The position numbers and the translations under genes are program-made. The notes under the pieces were generated by a model. That model had not been told where the DNA came from. It searched no databases and worked only from the letters and a program-made list of their open reading frames with translations. This document shows positions 1-9,609 of a stretch of DNA of 64,000 nucleotides, in pieces (position 1 is the first letter of the stretch; every line of letters starts with the position of its first letter). This DNA is from an uncultured Acholeplasmataceae bacterium (GTDB taxonomy: Bacteria > Bacillota_I > Bacilli_A > Acholeplasmatales > Acholeplasmataceae), in contig CAUTMM010000003.1 in assembly GCA_963539835.1 (NCBI GenBank), positions 78,728 through 142,727 of the forward strand, written 5' to 3'.

Positions 1-188
1 AAGTCTGGGTTTTTGAAAAAAGGTAAAATAGAATCAAGAACATGTTTAACTAAAAACTCAGTTTTATCGACGATTCTAGTTAAATTAACTTTTTTATTTT
101 CTTCAATTAAAAGTGAGTAATACTTGTCAATTTTCAAAACTAGTTCATCAGTTAATTCAATGTTAAATTTTTTAAAAATGTCTTTCAT
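1..188 (-). CDS. rsmG: 16S rRNA m7G527 methyltransferase RsmG/GidB, 5' fragment (gene runs off the left edge)
   Basis: Absent from the ORF track because it is truncated. The reverse complement from ATG 188-186 reads [62 protein letters not shown]. The YY..L.E.N.K.NLT.I...KH..DS pattern and the position 2 nt after the mnmG stop match RsmG. Confidence 0.8.
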   Translation of the reverse strand, partial: MKDIFKKFNIELTDELVLKIDKYYSLLIEENKKVNLTRIVDKTEFLVKHVLDSILPFFKNPD

Positions 189-190
189 AA

Positions 191-2065
191 TTATCTTTTC
201 ACTTTACTTTTTTGAATGTAGATAGAAAGGATTTGAATGTCGCTGGGGTTAACTCCAAGTATTCTTGATGCTTGGCCTAAAGTTTTTGGTCTGACTTTCT
301 CTAATTTTTCTCTACATTCAAAAGCCAAATTAGCAACTTGATGGTAATCAATATCTGCAGGAATTTTAAAATTTTCAAGGAACTTAAACTTCTCAGCAGT
401 CTTGATTTCCTTTAAGATATAGCCTTCGTATTTAATTTGTATCTCTGCAGCAAGAGTGACATCTTCTGGAAATTTTTCTTTTATATAATGGTTTAAAACC
501 TTTAAATTAACCTCTGGCCTTTTAAGTAAATTTGCTAATGAAATTGACTCATAAAGTGAGACATTGTATTTAGAAAGATGACTTAAAACCGTTTTAGTTG
601 GAGTGATTTTTGTATTCGTTAAAATATCTGTTAATCGCTTAACAAGCCCTTTTTTTAGTAAATATTTTTGATAAGTTTCGGTATCTATCAGACCACGATT
701 GTAAGCAATTTCAGATAGTCTAAAATCGGCGTTATCATCTCTTAAAAGTAGTCTGTATTCTGCACGAGACGTAAGCATTCTATAAGGTTCGTCTGCCCCC
801 TTGGTAACTATATCGTCAATCAATACGCCAGTGTAGGCCTCATTTCTTTTTAAAATAAGTGGTTCTATGTTGTCGATTTTAGCAGCAGCGTTTGTTCCTG
901 CAATTAAACCTTGACAAGCAGCTTCTTCATAGCCAGAAGTTCCGTTGATTTGACCTGCGGTAAATAGGTTTTTAAGCATTTTGGTTTCTAAAGACAAATA
1001 TAGTTGAAAAGGATTGATAGCGTCGTATTCAATTGCGTAGCCATATCTAATTATTTTGCCTGCCTCAAATCCAGGTAAACTCAAAACTAACTTTCTTTGA
1101 ACAAAACGAGGAAGTGATGTAGAAAGGCCTTGTAAGTAGGTTAAGTTATTTTTAATGCTTTCAGGTTCTACAAAAACTTGGTGAATATCTTTTTCTTTGA
1201 ATCTGACAATTTTGTCTTCTATTGAAGGACAATATCTAGGACCTCTACCTTCAATTACTCCTGAGTATAGAGGTGAATATTTTAAATTTGCTAAAATTGT
1301 CTCTTTAGTATTCATAGTGGTATGCAGGGTATGCAAATTTAAATTTGCCTTGTGTTTGGTTTTTGAGTAGTAAGAAAATCTAAGTTCTGGATTGTTCTCG
1401 TCTTGCTTCGCAAGTTCGGTAAAGTCAATTGAGTTTGAATCAATTCGCGGTGGAGTTCCAGTTTTTAGTCTCACAATTTCAAAACCTGCTTTTCTTAAAG
1501 ACTCAGAAATTCCAAAAGTTGTGCGTTTGCCGTCAGGTCCCGTTTGGTAAGTTTCACTGCCTATTAAAATTCTTGATGCTAAATAAGTACCAGTTGTCAA
1601 TACCACGGTTTTGGCAAAATACTTTGTATTACTTTCAGTAACAGCACCGATAACTGTTTGGTTTTCAATTAGCAACTCAGTTGCGTATTCGTGTAAAAAA
1701 ACTATGTTTTTTAGTTTTTTTAATTCCTTAAACATGTTTTTTGGATAAATTTCTTTGTCAATTTGCGCACGAAGTGCCCAAACACCAGGACCTTTAGATG
1801 AATTTAGCCTACGCATTTGAATGGTGGCACTATCTGCAACCTTGGCCATCAAACCACCAAGTGCATCAATTTCGCGCACTAAAACACCCTTCGCAGGTCC
1901 GCCGATTGAGGGGTTGCACGGAAGGGTGGCGATTTGAGATTTATCTCCTGTAATAAATAAAACTGACTTGCCTAAACGAGAAAGGGCAGCGGCGGCCTCA
2001 ATACCGGCGTGCCCTGCCCCAATTACGATTGAGTCAAATATGGGATTATTTAACTGCATTTTCAA
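191..2065 (-). CDS. mnmG: tRNA uridine 5-carboxymethylaminomethyl modification enzyme MnmG (GidA)
   Basis: 624 aa. N-terminal FAD fold [13 protein letters not shown], then [11 protein letters not shown] and the typical MnmG C-terminus. Full-length colinearity with the family. Confidence 0.97.
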   Translation of the reverse strand: MKMQLNNPIFDSIVIGAGHAGIEAAAALSRLGKSVLFITGDKSQIATLPCNPSIGGPAKGVLVREIDALGGLMAKVADSATIQMRRLNSSKGPGVWALRAQIDKEIYPKNMFKELKKLKNIVFLHEYATELLIENQTVIGAVTESNTKYFAKTVVLTTGTYLASRILIGSETYQTGPDGKRTTFGISESLRKAGFEIVRLKTGTPPRIDSNSIDFTELAKQDENNPELRFSYYSKTKHKANLNLHTLHTTMNTKETILANLKYSPLYSGVIEGRGPRYCPSIEDKIVRFKEKDIHQVFVEPESIKNNLTYLQGLSTSLPRFVQRKLVLSLPGFEAGKIIRYGYAIEYDAINPFQLYLSLETKMLKNLFTAGQINGTSGYEEAACQGLIAGTNAAAKIDNIEPLILKRNEAYTGVLIDDIVTKGADEPYRMLTSRAEYRLLLRDDNADFRLSEIAYNRGLIDTETYQKYLLKKGLVKRLTDILTNTKITPTKTVLSHLSKYNVSLYESISLANLLKRPEVNLKVLNHYIKEKFPEDVTLAAEIQIKYEGYILKEIKTAEKFKFLENFKIPADIDYHQVANLAFECREKLEKVRPKTLGQASRILGVNPSDIQILSIYIQKSKVKR

Positions 2066-3986
2066 TAAAATCCACTAAATCTGCTTTGGTGAATTTTAAT
2101 TTTTCGCGAATTTCAGTCTCAGATGAACTTAGGCCAAATTCATTAATTCCAAAAACGTGTGGTGTGTATTTATACCAAGAATAAGCAGAACCTGCTTCTA
2201 CTGCCACAATTTTAGAGTTGCCTAAAATCTCGGTTTGTTCGGCTTTTGTTAGTCGGTCAAACAAGAAGCAAGAAGGCATAGAAACTACACGCACACCTTG
2301 ACCTTTGGCCTCAAGAACTTTTGCGGCTTCAAGTGCTAAAGTAACTTCTGAACCTGTTGCAATTAAAGTAAGTGTGTGTTTATTTTCCTCTTTCTTAATA
2401 ACGTAGGCACCTTTTTGAATGTCTAGGGCTGAGTTTGGGTTTTCCACTACGTTTTGACGAGTTAAAACTAAAACAGAAGGAAAGTCATTTTCTGCAAGCA
2501 TTATCTTGTAAGCAGCCAAAGTTTCTTTAAAGTCGCATGGTCTAATAACGTTGACATTCGACATACATCTAAGTTGAGTTAAATGTTCAATTGGCTGATG
2601 GGTCGGTCCATCTTCGCCTAAAAATACAGAGTCGTGGGTAAAAATATACATCACTGGCAGTTTTTGTAGAGCAGACAGACGAATTGCTGGAAGCATGTAG
2701 TTTGAAAATACAAAAAATCCAGAGACAAAAGGTCTAAGTACACCAGTTTGTGCGATACCATTGGCAATTGCGGCCATAGCGTGTTCGCGAACTCCGAAGT
2801 TTAAGTTACGGCCAAGTCTGTTGGTGTGGTCAAAATCACCGTCTACCCCTTTTACGCAAGTTGACGAAGAAAGGTCTGCAGAGCCGCCAATTAGCGCCGG
2901 AACTTGGTGAGAAATATAGGCAAGGATATCGCCCGAAGACCTGCGAGTTGCTTGTTTTTCAGGGATATTTTTAAGCAACTCACTTAAATCAAAATCAAGT
3001 AAACTTTGTTTATTAAGTGGTTTTGATTTTAAGTAGGCTGAGTATTTTTCAAGTCCTCTTTTTAAGAAATTATCTTGAAAATGTGTGTAAACCAATGGGT
3101 CTACTTCAAAGGGTTTGTATTTGTAGTTAAGTTTTTCTGCAAGTAAATCGCGTTCAGCCACACCAAGTGGAGAACCGTGTACTTTGTTTGTAGCCTCTTT
3201 TGTCGCACCTTGCCCAATTGTGGTTTTCATTTCAATAACTGTTGGTAGTTCTGACTCTTTAGCCAAACGAATTGCTTCTAAAAACTCAGTCTTGTCATAA
3301 GGGTTGGCAACTAAAATATAGTTCCAGCCATCTGCTAAGAACTTTAATTTAAAATTAGTTTCACAAGTTAAAGAAGTAGGACCATCTAGTTGAATGTCAT
3401 TTGAGTCAAATAACAATATCAACTTATTTAATTTAAGTCTGCCGGCTAAGGAAATTGCTTCCATAGCCACACCTTCTTGCAAATCACCGTCTCCACATAA
3501 ACAGTATGTATAGTAATCGGTGTACAGAGAGCCGTTTACTTTGTTTAAATGAGCCTCAGCAATTGCTGAACCTACCGCCATTGCAACACCTTGTCCAAGC
3601 GGACCAGTGGTTGCCTCCACGCCAGGAGTTTCTCTAAACTCAGGGTGACCTGGTGTGTTTCCAGGTCTGCGGAAGTTCTTTAAGTTATCAATTGACAAAT
3701 CAAATCCTGCTAGATGCAAAAGTGAGTAAAGTAAAGCAGAGCCGTGTCCTGCAGATAAATAAAAGCGATCACGGTTCGGCCAAAGCGGGTCTTTTGGGTT
3801 TTGATTGATTGCATAGTTATAAAGATAGTAAAGAGGAGCAGCAGCACCTAAAACTATTCCAGGGTGACCTGAATTAACATTGTTAATAGTGTCAACCCCG
3901 AGCATTTTAAGTGTATCTATACAAAGTCTATCTAAATCTTTTTCGGTTTTCATTATTTTCTTTAGATTCTTTGGTTTTTGGTTCAT
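2046..3986 (-). CDS. tkt: Transketolase
   Basis: 646 aa. SGHPG motif, ThDP motif GDGDLQEGV...N, and EHAMAAIANG. The true start may be the MKTEKD Met at 3953. Overlaps the upstream ORF and mnmG by short stretches. Confidence 0.94.
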   Translation of the reverse strand: MNQKPKNLKKIMKTEKDLDRLCIDTLKMLGVDTINNVNSGHPGIVLGAAAPLYYLYNYAINQNPKDPLWPNRDRFYLSAGHGSALLYSLLHLAGFDLSIDNLKNFRRPGNTPGHPEFRETPGVEATTGPLGQGVAMAVGSAIAEAHLNKVNGSLYTDYYTYCLCGDGDLQEGVAMEAISLAGRLKLNKLILLFDSNDIQLDGPTSLTCETNFKLKFLADGWNYILVANPYDKTEFLEAIRLAKESELPTVIEMKTTIGQGATKEATNKVHGSPLGVAERDLLAEKLNYKYKPFEVDPLVYTHFQDNFLKRGLEKYSAYLKSKPLNKQSLLDFDLSELLKNIPEKQATRRSSGDILAYISHQVPALIGGSADLSSSTCVKGVDGDFDHTNRLGRNLNFGVREHAMAAIANGIAQTGVLRPFVSGFFVFSNYMLPAIRLSALQKLPVMYIFTHDSVFLGEDGPTHQPIEHLTQLRCMSNVNVIRPCDFKETLAAYKIMLAENDFPSVLVLTRQNVVENPNSALDIQKGAYVIKKEENKHTLTLIATGSEVTLALEAAKVLEAKGQGVRVVSMPSCFLFDRLTKAEQTEILGNSKIVAVEAGSAYSWYKYTPHVFGINEFGLSSSETEIREKLKFTKADLVDFIENAVK

Positions 3987-4593
3987 CTACTTGCGTAGGT
4001 TCAACTAAATTATCTGTTGAATGTAAAGCAACTTCTTGGTTTAACACAGTTTTTTTATATTCCTCAGTTTCTGCCTCTAAGACTTTAAAATTATCTTCTC
4101 CAACCAAGGCTAAAATGTTTGTAAAAAACTTATTGTGCAGTGCTGCCATTCTTTTAGTAATTTGGCGAGAAATTCCAAAAACTAGACCAAAAACTACAAT
4201 CAAAAGACCAATTAACACCCAAAATGACCAAGACTTAACTTGTGGGAACTTAGAAGAAAGTACCGCAATCGTGGTAGCTGCGGCAATAAAGCCGATTAGT
4301 ATTCCTAAAAATACCGGAATAAATACACGGTTTTTAATTGAGTTAATCCCATCTGCATAGGCTAGGTATTCACTGTTGACGTCTTGCTCGTAAAGTCTTT
4401 TAATTGAACCTGTTTCAAAATAAGCCTGGTCAATTAACAGTCTCGCGGTTTGAGGAGTAATGTCCCAAACTTTAAGTAGACCTTTTTTGTGCCAAATGGC
4501 TTTTTCGGCTTCTGTCATAAAGTAAATTTCTAAAGTTCTTTTGTCAATTTGTTGAGTGTAGGCAGGTACTCTGTCAGTTAAATTGAATTTCAT
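3928..4593 (-). CDS. Hypothetical membrane protein (two central TM helices, charged C-terminal tail)
   Basis: 221-aa ORF with a strong SD (GTAAGGAGGATTT before the ATG). Hydrophobic segments IPVFLGILIGFIAAATTIAVL and SFWVLIGLLIVVFGLVFGI. No family recognised. Confidence 0.6.
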   Translation of the reverse strand: MKFNLTDRVPAYTQQIDKRTLEIYFMTEAEKAIWHKKGLLKVWDITPQTARLLIDQAYFETGSIKRLYEQDVNSEYLAYADGINSIKNRVFIPVFLGILIGFIAAATTIAVLSSKFPQVKSWSFWVLIGLLIVVFGLVFGISRQITKRMAALHNKFFTNILALVGEDNFKVLEAETEEYKKTVLNQEVALHSTDNLVEPTQVDEPKTKESKENNENRKRFR

Positions 4594-4620
4594 AAATCCT
4601 CCTTACTAGGTTTTAAAAAA

Positions 4621-4731
4621 TGTTTCCTTTTAAAGACCATTGGCCACAGTGGCTATACCTTTATGGCTGCTTCAATCAAGACCTGACCCGTTCAGATAAG
4701 TCAATCGGCCAATGGCTTTTAAAAGGAAACA
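4621..4731 (-). ncRNA. ffs: Small (4.5S-type) signal recognition particle RNA
   Basis: The minus-strand RNA has a long terminal helix (UGUUUCCUUUUAAAAGCCAUUGGCC paired with GGCCAAUGGUCUUUAAAAGGAAACA). Its apical part contains GGGUCAGGUCUUGAUUGAAGCAGCCAUAAAGG, matching the conserved SRP domain IV (GGUCAGGUC...GAAGCAGCCA). It lies directly downstream of tadA, as scr does in Bacillus. Confidence 0.8.
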
Positions 4732-4747
4732 TCTAAAATCTTTGCCT

Positions 4748-5197
4748 TTACAGGCGTTTAAAGAATTTTTTTAGCAACTCAGCCGCCTCGTCAACTTTGA
4801 CAAAAGTTAATTTGGTATGTGCAGTGGGTTGTAGAAAAATCTCTTTTCTGATTTTTTGACTAAAAACAGTGGGGTCTTTGGCCAAAAAAATACATTCTTT
4901 TATTCTAGCAACAGCAATCGCTGCAGCGCAAAGTACACAAGGCTCTAAAGTTGATATCATCACGCAATCTTCAAGTTTCCAAGTTTTTAGGCATTTGGTG
5001 GCTTTCTTTAAAGCAGTAATTTCTGCGTGTCCAAAAATATCGTGTTTGTGTTCTTTGGTGTTATAACCAGTTGCAATAATTTCTCCATCTTTTAAGATGA
5101 GCGCACCAACTGGCACTTCTGCACAAGCCAGAGCCTTTTTGGCAAGTCTCAAGGCGTGGGCAAAATGTTTATTTCTATTTTCCTGGTTTTTGTTCAA
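4748..5197 (-). CDS. tadA: tRNA-specific adenosine deaminase TadA
   Basis: 149 aa. CDA-fold zinc motifs HAEITAL and PCVLCAAA. The start overlaps the rpmE 3' end and could lie slightly downstream. Confidence 0.9.
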   Translation of the reverse strand: MNKNQENRNKHFAHALRLAKKALACAEVPVGALILKDGEIIATGYNTKEHKHDIFGHAEITALKKATKCLKTWKLEDCVMISTLEPCVLCAAAIAVARIKECIFLAKDPTVFSQKIRKEIFLQPTAHTKLTFVKVDEAAELLKKFFKRL

Positions 5198-5393
5198 TAT
5201 TGTAGCGTTTGTTGAACTTATCTACACGGCCTTGGGCTTGTACAAATTGTTGTGTTCCTGTGTAGAAAGCGTGGCATTGAGAACATGTATCTACCTTAAT
5301 TTCTTTGACAGTAGATTGAGTTTTGAACTTAGAACCACAAGTTGAACAAATAACTTCAACTTCACTAAATTGTGGGTGAATTGCTTTTTTCAT
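5175..5393 (-). CDS. rpmE: 50S ribosomal protein L31 (Zn-binding type A)
   Basis: 72 aa. MKKAIHPQF start, CSTCGS...[10 protein letters not shown] cysteine pairs, SD AAAGGAG upstream. Confidence 0.95.
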   Translation of the reverse strand: MKKAIHPQFSEVEVICSTCGSKFKTQSTVKEIKVDTCSQCHAFYTGTQQFVQAQGRVDKFNKRYNIEQKPGK

Positions 5394-5435
5394 GTGTATA
5401 AACTCCTTTTTTGGTAGCAGTCTACCATTATTTTA

Positions 5436-5471
5436 ACACATCCGCCTTACTTTAAAGTAAGCCGGATGTGT
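5436..5471 (-). other. Strong 16-bp stem-loop between rpoC and rpmE (no U-tract on the gene strand)
   Basis: ACACATCCGCCTTACTT / AAGTAAGCCGGATGTGT is a near-perfect inverted repeat with one mismatch, 30 nt after the rpoC stop. On the minus-strand RNA it is not followed by a U-run, so it is not a canonical intrinsic terminator. It may be a processing, stability or attenuation element. Confidence 0.5.
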
Positions 5472-5500
5472 ATTTTTGCTATTTTATTTGGTTAATAGTT

Positions 5501-8500
5501 TTAAGCTTTTTTATCTTCAGAAACTTTAGTGTAGATAAACTCAGTTTCTTTTAAAATTCCGGTACCGGCCGGGATTAGTCCACCAATAATCACGTTTTCT
5601 TTTAGCCCTTTTAGTTGATCTGGACGTGAAGAAATTGCGGCGTCTGTCAGAATTCTGGTGGTTTCTTGGAAGGAAGCGGCTGACAAGAATGAGTCGTTTG
5701 AAAGTGATGCTCTAGTAATTCCAAGTAGTATTCTTTTACCAATTGCTGGACGTGTACCTTGTTCAAAAGCAGCGCGGTTGGCTTTCAAGAAGTCTGAGTT
5801 TGAAACAACTATACCTGGCAGTAGGTTAGTGTCACCTTCGTGGATAATCATAATGCGTTTCAGCATTTGTCTGATGATTATTTCTATATGTTTATCTTGA
5901 ATGTCTACACCTTGGGATTGATAAACTTTGCGGACTTCTGCCAAGATGTAGTTAGAAACAGTTAAAGTATCGGTTACGCGAAGCAGTTCTTTCGGATGAA
6001 TTGACCCAGGAGTAAGCGGAGTTCCGGGTTGCACTGAGTCTCCTACTTTTACTAAAATGTCGGCGTTTGACTCAATTGAGTAAGTGTGAGTTTTACCTTG
6101 TCGGTCTTCAATAACCACGCTTGGCTGGCCATATTGTGGACGGCTGATTTGGCTAACTTTTCCAAAATACTCAGAAATAACAGATTTTCCTTTTGGAGTT
6201 CTCGCCTCAAAAAGTTCTTGAATACGCGGCAAACCTTGAGTAATATCGGAAGCAGATGCCACACCACCGGTGTGGAAAGTACGCATCGTTAGCTGAGTAC
6301 CTGGCTCACCAATAGATTGCGCAGCGACAACTCCGACAGCCTCGCCAACTTCTACAATTGAGTTAGTTGCTAAGTTTAGGCCATAGCACTTCACACAAAG
6401 TCCGTCAATTGCCGAACAAGTTAAGTTAGTTCTGATTTTAAACTCCGTGTAGTTTTCAGCAATTTTTGCGGCAGCCTCTTGGGTGATCAGTTCGTTTTTG
6501 TCAACAATTAGTAGGTTATTTTTATCATACGCCTTTTGGGCAGCAAAACGACCATGCAGACGTTCTTCAAGACTGGATACTACTTTTTGGTCTTTGTCTA
6601 AAATGTCTTTGACAAACACACCGTTTTCAGTACCACAGTCTTCCAAAGTAATAATTACACCTTGTGCAACGTCAACTAGTCGGCGAGTTAAGTAACCAGA
6701 TTGTGCAGTTTTTAAGGCGGTGTCGGTTGAACCTTTGCGGGCCCCGTGGGTTGAGATAAAAAACTCAGAAACAGTTAGTCCTTCTTTAAATGATGATTTA
6801 ACTGGCACTTCGATTTGCTCACCCTTAGGGTTGTTTAAAATACCTCTCATACCGGCTAATTGCACAAAGTTTTGAATGTTACCGCGGGCTCCTGAATCAG
6901 ACATTACATAAATCGGGTTTTCACGGTTCAGTTCTTGCTCAAGACCATGAGAAATTTCGGTTTTGGTGTTTTCCCAAACGTTGATAATTTGGCGAGAACG
7001 ACCTTTGTCGGTCAACATACCCATGTTAAAGTAGTTAGTAATTTGCTCAATTTTAGCCTGAGATTCTTTTAAGATTGCGGCTTTGTTTGAATAAACCTTA
7101 ATATCATCGTAAGAAATTGTGACAGCAGAGACAGTTGAGTACTTAAAGCCAAGGTCTTTTAAGTCATCTAGCATCACAGAAGTTCTAGTTACGTCATAGT
7201 GTTTAAAGACAGTGTCAATAATTTTTCCTAAAAATGATTTTTTAAAAGGTTCAGGCAGTGGTTGGTCTTTGGTTTGCTCAAAATAAACTTTTGGGTCTTT
7301 TGTGCAGTCAAGTAAGTAAGATTGTGGCACCCCTTGGGTTAAGTTATACTCAGTTGGTTCATTTAAGTAAAAGAAACCTTCTGGCATAATTTCGTTAAAA
7401 ATTAATTTACCTAATGTGGTGATCAAGAGTTTGCCTTGAATGTCTGCAGTAAAACGACGATTCAAGATTTGTGGACGCACCAAAATTCTGGTGTGGTAAT
7501 CAATAATGCCGGCACTTTGTGCGTTTTTAGCCTCGTCAATTGAAGATATTAGCATACCTTCGTTTTTGTGTTTATGAGTTTTTGGATCAGACTCAACAAA
7601 GCGCTCTTCGGTGGTTAAAAAGTAGTTTCCCAACACCATGTCTTGAGAAGGAGTAACAACTGGTTTTCCGTCTTTCGGGTTTAAGATGTTGTTAGAAGCC
7701 AGCATCAAGAGTCTAGCCTCTGCTTGTGCTTCTGGTGAAAGCGGCAAGTGCACAGCCATTTGGTCTCCGTCAAAGTCGGCGTTGAAGGCAGTTGTTGCCA
7801 AAGGATGCAGACGAATGGCTTTACCGTCTATTAGTTTTGGCTCAAACGCTTGGATTGACAAGCGGTGCAAAGTAGGAGCACGGTTTAAAAGCACTGGGTG
7901 TTCACGCACAACTTCTTCAAGCACTTGCCAAACTTCTTTAGTGCGGTTGTCATACATTTCAACGGCTTTTTGGCGAGTTACTTCTAAGTTTTCTTGCAGG
8001 CGATTAATTACAAACGGTTTAAATAAAGTGATGGCCATTTCGCGCGGAATTCCGGCTTGATACATCTTTAAGTTTGGACCGACAATAATTACTGAACGAC
8101 CTGAGTAGTCGACGCGTTTACCAAGTAAGTTTTGACGGAAACGGCCTTGTTTACCACGAAGCAGGTCAGAAAGTGATTTAAGCGGACGGGCATTTGAAGC
8201 AAGTGCCTTTTTATTTCCACGTTTTGAGTTGTCAAAAAGAGAGTCAACGGCTTCTTGAATTAAACGTTTTTCGTTTTTAAGGATAAGTGAAGTTGTAAAC
8301 TGATCTAACTCTTTTTTTAACCTGTTATTGCGGTTAATTATTTTGCAGTAAAGGTCATTAAGGTCAGTAGTTGCAAAACGACCCCCATCTAGTTGCACCA
8401 TTGGGCGCAAATCTGGTGGAATTACTGGAATTACCGGCATAACTATCCACTCAGGGCGGTTGTCAGATGAGTAAAAGGCTTCCACGATTTCCAGACGTTT

Positions 8501-9607
8501 AATAATGTTTTGACGTTTTTGTTTAGTAGAAGTGCGGAATTTTTTTCGAAGTACACGGATTTCGTGATCCAAGTCAAGCGCTTTTAACAGGGTTTGAATG
8601 GCTTCTGCTCCTGTTTGTGCCTGAAAACGTCCATAGTACTCTTCGTTAATCGCGGCGTAGTCTTGTTCTGACAAAATTTGCTTGCGTTTTAGTGGAGTGT
8701 TGCCGGGATCTGTCACGATGTAGGCGGCGTAGTTGACAACTTCTTCTAAAGATTTGGCTTTAATTCCAAGCAAAATCGCTAGTCGTGATGGTGAGTTTTT
8801 GAAAAACCAAGTGTGGACAACTGGACTTTTTAGTTCAATGTGGCCCATTCTTTCGCGGCGAACTAGAGATTCAGTAATTTCAATTCCACATTTTTGACAA
8901 ATTTGGCCTTTATTGCCACTTTGTTTCTTGCCGCAAGCACATTGAAAGTCTTTAGTTGGCCCAAAAATTTTCTCGCAAAACAAGCCACCAACCTCTGGTT
9001 TGGCTGTGCGGTAGTTAATGGTTTCGTGAGACTTAACTTCACCGTAAGACCAAGTTCTAATTTCGTCAGGTGAGGCTAAACGAATTCGCATGTGGCGGTA
9101 TAGTTTAGAGCCAGTGATGTGTGTGTCGTCAACTGATTTTAAACGCTCAGCAACGTTAATTTCGGCAACCTTGGTTTGCGAAGAAACTAAGTCTAGTTTT
9201 TCGTCAAAATCAGCCTCAGTTAACGGAGTTTGACCGTAGAAGGCAAAAAGTTGGTTAGTTTCGGCTAAAAGAAAGTCGTCGTCTTTTAAAATTTGAAATA
9301 AGTTAGAGCGTGGTGCGGTTAAGATTGACTTAAGGTCAGTAAAACCACTTTCTTTGAAAAACTTAATAACTTCGGCTTCAGTAAAAAGTTGCTGGATTTT
9401 TTCGGGTAAATAGTTTTTAGTCAAAAGTGTTTTGATGTCTTTTAAAACATCTTCAGTGCACTCCGAAAAGATACTTTGGTATTGAGAAACTGAAAATAAG
9501 TTTAAATCACCCAAGGTGTGAACGGCGATATTTTTTAAGAACTCTTTAGTTTCTTCAGAAATGATTTTAATGTCTTTAATGCTTTGTTTTTCGTAGGCTT
9601 TTAGCAT
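5501..9607 (-). CDS. rpoC: DNA-directed RNA polymerase subunit beta-prime, with a 163-aa N-terminal extension
   Basis: 1368 aa. Canonical core from [17 protein letters not shown], a Zn finger CACGK...CQKCG, and NADFDGDQM. The ATG at 9607 lies 2 nt after the rpoB stop, with GGAGGT inside the rpoB 3' end. Confidence 0.98.
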   Translation of the reverse strand: MLKAYEKQSIKDIKIISEETKEFLKNIAVHTLGDLNLFSVSQYQSIFSECTEDVLKDIKTLLTKNYLPEKIQQLFTEAEVIKFFKESGFTDLKSILTAPRSNLFQILKDDDFLLAETNQLFAFYGQTPLTEADFDEKLDLVSSQTKVAEINVAERLKSVDDTHITGSKLYRHMRIRLASPDEIRTWSYGEVKSHETINYRTAKPEVGGLFCEKIFGPTKDFQCACGKKQSGNKGQICQKCGIEITESLVRRERMGHIELKSPVVHTWFFKNSPSRLAILLGIKAKSLEEVVNYAAYIVTDPGNTPLKRKQILSEQDYAAINEEYYGRFQAQTGAEAIQTLLKALDLDHEIRVLRKKFRTSTKQKRQNIIKRLEIVEAFYSSDNRPEWIVMPVIPVIPPDLRPMVQLDGGRFATTDLNDLYCKIINRNNRLKKELDQFTTSLILKNEKRLIQEAVDSLFDNSKRGNKKALASNARPLKSLSDLLRGKQGRFRQNLLGKRVDYSGRSVIIVGPNLKMYQAGIPREMAITLFKPFVINRLQENLEVTRQKAVEMYDNRTKEVWQVLEEVVREHPVLLNRAPTLHRLSIQAFEPKLIDGKAIRLHPLATTAFNADFDGDQMAVHLPLSPEAQAEARLLMLASNNILNPKDGKPVVTPSQDMVLGNYFLTTEERFVESDPKTHKHKNEGMLISSIDEAKNAQSAGIIDYHTRILVRPQILNRRFTADIQGKLLITTLGKLIFNEIMPEGFFYLNEPTEYNLTQGVPQSYLLDCTKDPKVYFEQTKDQPLPEPFKKSFLGKIIDTVFKHYDVTRTSVMLDDLKDLGFKYSTVSAVTISYDDIKVYSNKAAILKESQAKIEQITNYFNMGMLTDKGRSRQIINVWENTKTEISHGLEQELNRENPIYVMSDSGARGNIQNFVQLAGMRGILNNPKGEQIEVPVKSSFKEGLTVSEFFISTHGARKGSTDTALKTAQSGYLTRRLVDVAQGVIITLEDCGTENGVFVKDILDKDQKVVSSLEERLHGRFAAQKAYDKNNLLIVDKNELITQEAAAKIAENYTEFKIRTNLTCSAIDGLCVKCYGLNLATNSIVEVGEAVGVVAAQSIGEPGTQLTMRTFHTGGVASASDITQGLPRIQELFEARTPKGKSVISEYFGKVSQISRPQYGQPSVVIEDRQGKTHTYSIESNADILVKVGDSVQPGTPLTPGSIHPKELLRVTDTLTVSNYILAEVRKVYQSQGVDIQDKHIEIIIRQMLKRIMIIHEGDTNLLPGIVVSNSDFLKANRAAFEQGTRPAIGKRILLGITRASLSNDSFLSAASFQETTRILTDAAISSRPDQLKGLKENVIIGGLIPAGTGILKETEFIYTKVSEDKKA

Positions 9608-9609
9608 TT

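Noticed and set aside
3911-4360. 149-aa plus-strand ORF antisense to the 221-aa membrane protein and the tkt start
   Set aside because: It lies entirely within better-supported minus-strand genes. It has no SD and a low-complexity composition typical of antisense frames in AT-rich DNA.
7686-8060. 124-aa plus-strand ORF inside rpoC, plus similar ORFs at 5658-5900, 6052-6292, 6483-6695, 9995-10462, 10992-11374, 11637-11843 and 12653-12955 inside rpoC and rpoB
   Set aside because: These are antisense or out-of-frame shadows of universally conserved genes, with no independent signals.
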